Shown in pieces: positions 58,916 to 64,000 of a stretch of 64,000 nt of DNA (position 1 is its first letter; each line of letters starts with the position of its first letter). The notes beneath the pieces were generated by a model. It saw only the letters and a list, made by a program, of their open reading frames with translations. It searched no databases and was not told where the DNA came from. Position numbers and translations under genes: made by a program. Origin of the DNA: a virus; IMG/VR virus record IMGVR_UViG_3300030329_005017, positions 4,914-68,913 of that record. One strand, given 5' to 3'.

Positions 58916-59233
58916 ATGAGTAGAGCAGCTAAGCAGAAGTCAGTAGCCAAGCTTATTGAGATTATCAATAAACTTATAGAGCGTCAAGAAAAGCTTTTGA
59001 ACCACATAGCTGAACTGGAAGATTATGTTCATGCTTTAGAATCTTTGAATGAGTTTGAAGAAGGTGAAGAGTTTATTTCTTTTATTCCCGATGAAGAGTT
59101 TCAGAGAACCATAGAAGATGGTCTAGATGAAAAACAAAAGGCTAAGTTAGAAGAGTTTAAGAGAAAAAAAGAAGAAGAGACAGAGTTGTTTAGCTTGGAT
59201 GAAATATTAAAAGAACTGGGTGAAGATGATTAA
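58916..59233 (+). CDS. Hypothetical acidic coiled-coil protein
   Basis: 105-aa ORF. Confidence 0.55.
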   Translation: MSRAAKQKSVAKLIEIINKLIERQEKLLNHIAELEDYVHALESLNEFEEGEEFISFIPDEEFQRTIEDGLDEKQKAKLEEFKRKKEEETELFSLDEILKELGEDD

Positions 59234-59810
59234 AAACATAATGTTGGTAGTTGGTTTGTTGGCATTTATTGGCTATGCTGTTGAAAGAAAGCATTATGTT
59301 ACTCAGATTGAAGAGCAATTAATCGCATCGTTGATTAAGGTGGATGTTGCTGATAGTTTGATGGCAGTCAATACTATACAGGGGTTACACCTGGCTACTA
59401 GTTTAGATGATTGTAAGCGTAAGTTAATAGGAATAAAGGAAAGAATAGATGCATCAACTGCTCATAAGCTCAATGTCACGGTTACAATGTATCACCCTGT
59501 TCCAGAACAAACAGATAGCACTCCCAACATTACCGCAGACGGCACCGTCTTTAGAATAGAGAACGCTAGTGATTACCGCTACATTGCTGTTGCACAAAAT
59601 ATGCTTATCCGTAATGGGGGCTTTCTTGACTATGGTGATTGGGTTGTTGTGGATGCTGGTGAAAAGTCTGGATTATATCAGGTCCGTGATACGATGAACA
59701 AACGATGGGTAAATAGAATAGACATTCTAGAATCACCTGGCGTTCGTCCCTACAAATATAATAACGCTTCTTTACAGAAGTTGGTTTATAAAATGGATGA
59801 CTTTCATTAA
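59220..59810 (+). CDS. Membrane-anchored 3D-domain protein (cell-wall lytic transglycosylase-like)
   Basis: N-terminal TM, then VTMY...QTDSTPNITADG, IAV, VRDTM...RIDI. Confidence 0.8.
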   Translation: MKMIKNIMLVVGLLAFIGYAVERKHYVTQIEEQLIASLIKVDVADSLMAVNTIQGLHLATSLDDCKRKLIGIKERIDASTAHKLNVTVTMYHPVPEQTDSTPNITADGTVFRIENASDYRYIAVAQNMLIRNGGFLDYGDWVVVDAGEKSGLYQVRDTMNKRWVNRIDILESPGVRPYKYNNASLQKLVYKMDDFH

Positions 59811-59844
59811 GATAGTTTGGTTAACAAATAAAAACGGAGAGTAA

Positions 59845-60825
59845 ATGATTTCATATATCGGCGGAAAAGCAAGGATGGCGGAGTGGATAAGTAGTTTTAT
59901 TCCAGAGTGCGAAACTTATGTGGAAGTGTTCGGCGGCGGGTTTTGGGTTTATATAAACAGCGACATTTATGAAAGATGTGATAAGGCTATATATTCAGAT
60001 TTCAATCCTTATATGACCAACCTTTTCCGTTGCGCATCCACCCCAAAAGTATTTTCTAAATTTATTGAATCCAAAGAAATCCCCTTACAAGAAAAAGGGA
60101 AACCAGAGCTTTCCCAAACCTGCCGCGATTATTTTTATGATTGTAAAGAGGCATTGTTTTATACAGACTTTGCCATCAAGAAGTTAAGAGAAGTATTAGA
60201 AGATAAAAACATTACAGGTAAGCATCGTAAGGCTTTGAATGAAGCACTTACTCACGCACGAGCTACTCGTCAGTGCAATAATAATAGTATGAGAGATTCG
60301 TTTGGTGATAAAGTAAAGGCGGGACGTAAGGATCAAGTAGCCGCCATGAGATATGCTTACATTCTCACTTCTGCATTTTCAGGCATAGATCCAGTAGATT
60401 CAGAGTTTCAAGACTACAAAGGTAAATATGGCTCTAAGTTTCAAGCCTTTCTCAATAGACTAAAAAGTGACAAGTTTATTCCCAAACTAAAGAAGATTAA
60501 TGCGTGTGAGAATATGTCTTTTGAAGAAGTCATTGCAAAGTATGATTCTCCTACTACATACTTTTATGTTGATCCTCCCTATTGGAGCACAGAACTATAT
60601 TATAGTTTGCACCGGTTCGGTAAGGATCAACATTATGAACTTATGAACTCTCTTCACAATGCAAAGGGTAAGTTTTCTCTATCCTACTATGATTTTACTG
60701 AACTAAAAGACATGTATCCCAAAGATAAATTTAGTTGGGAAACAAAAGAGTTTGTCAAACCTGCAGGAGCTACTGAGGGAACAGAGCAATCTACGGGTGA
60801 AGAAGTTTTAATTATGAATTATTGA
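59845..60825 (+). CDS. dam: DNA adenine methyltransferase (D12/Dam class)
   Basis: YIGGK, YVEVFGGG, YVDPPY, EVLIMNY. Target site unknown. Confidence 0.88.
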   Translation: MISYIGGKARMAEWISSFIPECETYVEVFGGGFWVYINSDIYERCDKAIYSDFNPYMTNLFRCASTPKVFSKFIESKEIPLQEKGKPELSQTCRDYFYDCKEALFYTDFAIKKLREVLEDKNITGKHRKALNEALTHARATRQCNNNSMRDSFGDKVKAGRKDQVAAMRYAYILTSAFSGIDPVDSEFQDYKGKYGSKFQAFLNRLKSDKFIPKLKKINACENMSFEEVIAKYDSPTTYFYVDPPYWSTELYYSLHRFGKDQHYELMNSLHNAKGKFSLSYYDFTELKDMYPKDKFSWETKEFVKPAGATEGTEQSTGEEVLIMNY

Positions 60826-60828
60826 GCT

Positions 60829-60948
60829 TCATCTAAGTTGAACAATGCTATCGCGGACACTGGTAATCCAAACGATATAGGAAGGGATGATGGCAAGAAC
60901 AGAGGTGAGAAAAAATAAGTATTGCAAATTCTCAACAACTTTTTTCAT
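60829..60948 (-). CDS. Small hydrophobic membrane peptide (39 aa, not in the ORF track)
   Basis: Minus-strand AAAGGAGAG RBS followed by MKKVVENLQYLFFLTSVLAIIPSYIVWITSVRDSIVQLR. Fills an intergenic gap. Confidence 0.6.
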   Translation of the reverse strand: MKKVVENLQYLFFLTSVLAIIPSYIVWITSVRDSIVQLR

Positions 60949-60974
60949 TTTATTTACTCTCCTTTTTTTGAGGG

Positions 60975-60992
60975 CGTATCGTCATTGATACG
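60975..60992. promoter_or_regulatory. Palindrome between divergent genes, possible operator
   Basis: CGTATC-GTCATT-GATACG. Confidence 0.35.
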
Positions 60993-61012
60993 TAATAAAT
61001 ATAAGGAAATTT

Positions 61013-61957
61013 ATGGAACTAACTAATGTTTATATGTGTTTTGGTTTTTTGTTAGCTGCTTATTCTGTTATCGCAAATGACTCGGTTCAGACGTTGGGAA
61101 CTTGGATAGCTTCTAACTCTGAAAGATTTAAGTGGCAACATCTTTGGTTACCTGCAAGTGCAGTTTTGTTATTTACTTTGTGGTATGGTTGGGTTGTAAA
61201 TGGTGGTGACATTTCCTATGGTCGCCTTACCAAAATTCCTTTTCAAGAAATACAGTGGTATCATGCAGTGGCACCTATGGTTCTTGTGGCACTTACTAAA
61301 CTTGGTGTGCCTGTAAGCACTACCTTTTTAGTGTTGTCTGCTTTCGCAACTGGTGTAGTGTTTGAAAAGATGTTGATAAAATCTGCGTTGGGTTATGTGG
61401 TATCCGCTACTGCTGCTTATACAATATGGGTGACAGTATCACGATGGTTAGAGACCAAAGCAGACATTCCGCCTGGTCAAGATAAGTGGTGGCGTATAGG
61501 ACAATGGACTACAACTGGCTGGTTGTGGTTTACTTGGTTGTCACACGACATGGCTAACATTGCTGTGTTTCTTCCACGACAAGTTTCATTAGAAATGATG
61601 TTTGTTATCAGCGCTATATTTGTATTAGGGTTGTGTTATATGTTTTGGGAGAGAGGTGGAAAGATACAACAAATAGTTTTGACAAAAGTAAATACTAAAT
61701 ATGTGCGAAGTGCTACTCTAGTTGATTTTGTTTATGCACTAGTGTTGTATGTCTTTAAAGAAGTTAACTCTATACCTATGTCAACCACATGGGTTTTTAT
61801 TGGATTGTTGGCAGGTAGAGAACTAGCTATTGCTACGGTATTAGATAAAAAGAATATGAAAAAAATCTTTCCATTGCTTACAAAAGATTTCTTTAAGATG
61901 ATGCTTGGATTGACTATTTCTACTATTATAGTTATGAGTATTACTTATTTCAAATAG
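61013..61957 (+). CDS. PiT/PHO4-related phosphate (or anion) transporter
   Basis: Internal repeats IANDSVQ / SHDMAN and PVSTT / PMSTT. About 9-10 hydrophobic segments. Confidence 0.7.
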   Translation: MELTNVYMCFGFLLAAYSVIANDSVQTLGTWIASNSERFKWQHLWLPASAVLLFTLWYGWVVNGGDISYGRLTKIPFQEIQWYHAVAPMVLVALTKLGVPVSTTFLVLSAFATGVVFEKMLIKSALGYVVSATAAYTIWVTVSRWLETKADIPPGQDKWWRIGQWTTTGWLWFTWLSHDMANIAVFLPRQVSLEMMFVISAIFVLGLCYMFWERGGKIQQIVLTKVNTKYVRSATLVDFVYALVLYVFKEVNSIPMSTTWVFIGLLAGRELAIATVLDKKNMKKIFPLLTKDFFKMMLGLTISTIIVMSITYFK

Positions 61958-62008
61958 AGTTTAAAGTTGCTTCCTTTTGTGTTAATATATAAAAAGTAAA
62001 GGTTATAT

Positions 62009-62836
62009 ATGAAGTGTAACATACAAGATATTCTTGAAATAAACTTACCCGATAGCCTGGCAGATAGTGTTGATATATTCAATACTGAGTGGGACGCAGA
62101 GACTGGTCAGGCTTGGGAGATGAACAACTTTATTAAGCTTACCAAAGACAAGAAGACACTATGGGATGTAGGAGGTCACATAGGATTCTTCTCCTTCACT
62201 TTTCTGATTAATAATAATGACGACAGCACTAAAACAATAAGATGTTTTGAGCCTTCTCCTTGGAACAATGATACGTTTAGAGAGATTGTTAAGCATAATA
62301 TTGATGATCCTCGTTATGATGATGTGAAGCTGTTTTCTATTTTGGTTGGCGAAAAGGAAGATGAGAAGAACTTTATTATAGAACAAGAAGCTAAAACTAT
62401 GGCTATATTATATGAAAGGGATGATCCTTTTTATAGAGTAGAGACTCAAGATGATACGCCATGGGAAGAGAAAGAAAAGATAAAAATGCAACCTTTAGAT
62501 AGATATTGGTTTCACAGCCTAGAGGAAAAAGAAAACACAGCAGATGTGGTTAAGGTAGATGTAGAGGGATATGAGTATAGAGTTTTACAAGGTGGGATTA
62601 ACTTTTTTAATAAAGTAAGACCTTTATTGTTTTTAGAAGTGCATCCTCATTTGTTAAATATGTATAATAATACTATCTTGAACCTATATGATATGGTAAC
62701 TAAAGAAATTGGATATAACTTTTTTAATAATAAGCTAGAACTTATAGAATCTAAAGATGAGTATATTAAGCTTTTTGCTAATAAACAAGAAATAAGACTA
62801 GTGTGTTTTCCGGAAGAAGAGAGTGTAGATGTTTGA
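62009..62836 (+). CDS. FkbM-family methyltransferase
   Basis: WDVGGHIG, CFEPS, KVDVEGYE, LEVH. Confidence 0.88.
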   Translation: MKCNIQDILEINLPDSLADSVDIFNTEWDAETGQAWEMNNFIKLTKDKKTLWDVGGHIGFFSFTFLINNNDDSTKTIRCFEPSPWNNDTFREIVKHNIDDPRYDDVKLFSILVGEKEDEKNFIIEQEAKTMAILYERDDPFYRVETQDDTPWEEKEKIKMQPLDRYWFHSLEEKENTADVVKVDVEGYEYRVLQGGINFFNKVRPLLFLEVHPHLLNMYNNTILNLYDMVTKEIGYNFFNNKLELIESKDEYIKLFANKQEIRLVCFPEEESVDV

Positions 62837-63128
62837 AATTTTGTTATTGATATTTATTAGCATCGTTGCCGTCTTTTTAGGAGTGTTGCTTTATCGTAGT
62901 TTAAACCGAATAAGCTTCTATGAAGATCAATATGATGATATTTATAATAGGTTACTGTTGTTTTCTCAAACATTAGGCAATGTTCTGGAAAGAGAAATAT
63001 ACAGCAGTGATCCTGTAATAAGAGACTTGATAGAACAAATGCAAGAGATGCAGTGGTTTGTGTCACAACTACAAGAGAACTATCGTTTCAACTCATTAGG
63101 TGAGAGCACAGAAGATGAAACAGCTTGA
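62829..63128 (+). CDS. Single-TM hypothetical protein
   Basis: N-terminal hydrophobic helix followed by a coiled coil. Confidence 0.55.
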   Translation: MFEILLLIFISIVAVFLGVLLYRSLNRISFYEDQYDDIYNRLLLFSQTLGNVLEREIYSSDPVIRDLIEQMQEMQWFVSQLQENYRFNSLGESTEDETA

Positions 63129-63552
63129 AAAGTTAAGAGAGATAGAATTGTTTGAGGGCAAGAGCCTAGATGATATTTTTAAAGTCATCTATGAACAATC
63201 TATTGATCAACAAAACGAAGCTATGAATACGTTTAAGAAGATGAACGCCTTTGTAGAAGATGCTGAAGATGCGTTTATGTCTGGTGATAAAGCTGCGCCG
63301 TATTTGGATAGCGCACATAAAGCTACAGAAAATATTATTAAGATGGTTACTGCTTCTCAAAAGATGGTAACACAAGAAGAAGAAACACCAGTTGCCATGT
63401 CTCAATCGGATATCCTATCTGTATTAGACAATGAAGGAATCGCGCCCAAACGATTCTTGCCTGATGATGAAGAAGAAAATAATATTGAGGAAGAAACTCA
63501 AAAAGATTTTAGCGCTAACTTTACAGCGTTAAAGAAGCAATCCCAACAATAA
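63115..63552 (+). CDS. Hypothetical helical phage protein
   Basis: ELFEGKSLDDIFKVIY N-terminus. Start likely ATG 63115. Confidence 0.55.
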   Translation: MKQLEKLREIELFEGKSLDDIFKVIYEQSIDQQNEAMNTFKKMNAFVEDAEDAFMSGDKAAPYLDSAHKATENIIKMVTASQKMVTQEEETPVAMSQSDILSVLDNEGIAPKRFLPDDEEENNIEEETQKDFSANFTALKKQSQQ

Positions 63553-63593
63553 TAGTTGATGTAAACTAATTCCCCTCAAAAGGAGATGATTGT

Positions 63594-64000
63594 ATGAAGA
63601 AGTTCATTATGGCAGCTATGGCGTTTGCTATGCTGCTTGTCGGCAATACAGCAGCTTTCGCAGGTCCAGAGCTGTCGGTTGACACTTTTAGTAGACACGT
63701 TTGGAGAGGTGCCGCTGGTCCCTCCGCTATTTCGGTCCAACCTACTTTGGATCTTGTGTCTTTCGATTCTAACATTGGTGCTACTAGTGTAGGTATTTGG
63801 GGTCAGATTCCTATCAACGGTGATGATACTGAATATGATATTACTCTCGCACAAGAAGTTGGCGAGTATGGCACTATTAACATTACCTCTTACTATTATA
63901 ATGGTCCGTTTCTTGAAACAGATAGCCATGACATTGAAGTCGGTGTTGCCGGTTCATATGGTGGCGTTGATTTATTTGTAGGTAGATTCGTTAGCGGCGA
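63594..64000 (+). CDS. Outer-membrane beta-barrel / TorF-like putative porin, 3'-truncated (not in the ORF track)
   Basis: AAAGGAG RBS and signal peptide MKKFIMAAMAFAMLLVGNTAAFA. Then SRHVWRG...SVQP...VGIWG...EYD. Frame is open to the window end. Confidence 0.7.
   Translation, partial: MKKFIMAAMAFAMLLVGNTAAFAGPELSVDTFSRHVWRGAAGPSAISVQPTLDLVSFDSNIGATSVGIWGQIPINGDDTEYDITLAQEVGEYGTINITSYYYNGPFLETDSHDIEVGVAGSYGGVDLFVGRFVSG

Noticed and set aside
58043-60825. Restriction-modification pair formed by the DUF559 nuclease and the Dam-like methyltransferase
   Set aside because: They are separated by three unrelated genes, and both types are common as solitary genes in large phages.
60976-60991. NtcA-type nitrogen box upstream of the transporter
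   Set aside because: The spacing is GTA-N10-TAC, not GTA-N8-TAC.
1374-63929. Numerous 60-210 aa minus-strand and alternate-frame ORFs in the track (e.g. 27757-28386, 23349-23879, 31409-31882, 63576-63929)
   Set aside because: They are shadows of well-supported + strand genes, with no RBS or recognisable motifs.
1-64000. Stop-codon reassignment, as seen in some jumbo phages
   Set aside because: TAA, TAG (3864, 11063, 12212, 15471) and TGA (1368, 2305) all end genes at sensible positions, and conserved proteins are full length under code 11.
1-64000. CRISPR array, DGR template/variable repeat pair, or transposase
   Set aside because: No regularly spaced direct repeats, near-identical long repeats, reverse transcriptase or transposase were seen by eye. 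A self dot-plot would be the formal test.

Overview
This is a 64-kb fragment of a large (jumbo-type) contractile-tailed dsDNA phage. It is AT-rich, densely coded almost entirely on the + strand, and uses the standard code with strong Shine-Dalgarno sites. Modules in order: (1) 1-19.7 kb: baseplate/tail genes (hub, gp55-like sigma factor, HxH spike, gp25, gp6, gp7/gpI-like, four tail-collar-related proteins, LamG proteins). (2) 19.7-22.7 kb: probable head-packaged or conserved hypothetical proteins. (3) 22.8-40.8 kb: an ~18-kb glycan biosynthesis locus (GmhA, HddA, HAD phosphatase, RfaE-II adenylyltransferase, RmlC/RmlD-like, two epimerases, radical SAM, methyltransferases, at least five glycosyltransferase genes), interrupted by an ammonium transporter and a nuclease. 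(4) 40.8-56.1 kb: nucleotide metabolism and replication (dCMP deaminase, ThyX, SSB, RecA/UvsX, 5'-3' exonuclease, DnaB-like helicase, class II RNR, DenV-like glycosylase, DnaE). (5) 56.1-64 kb: accessory genes (92-nt RNA hairpin, endonuclease, mini-MscS, 3D-domain protein, Dam-like methyltransferase, PiT-like transporter, FkbM methyltransferase, TorF-like porin). The best candidate for an undescribed system is virion glycosylation: tail proteins are studded with a recurrent [LIV]-[ST]-[AG] motif and lie near a heptose/deoxysugar and glycosyltransferase locus. No tRNA, CRISPR array, intein or intron was seen. All family calls are by-eye motif recognition, not database searches.
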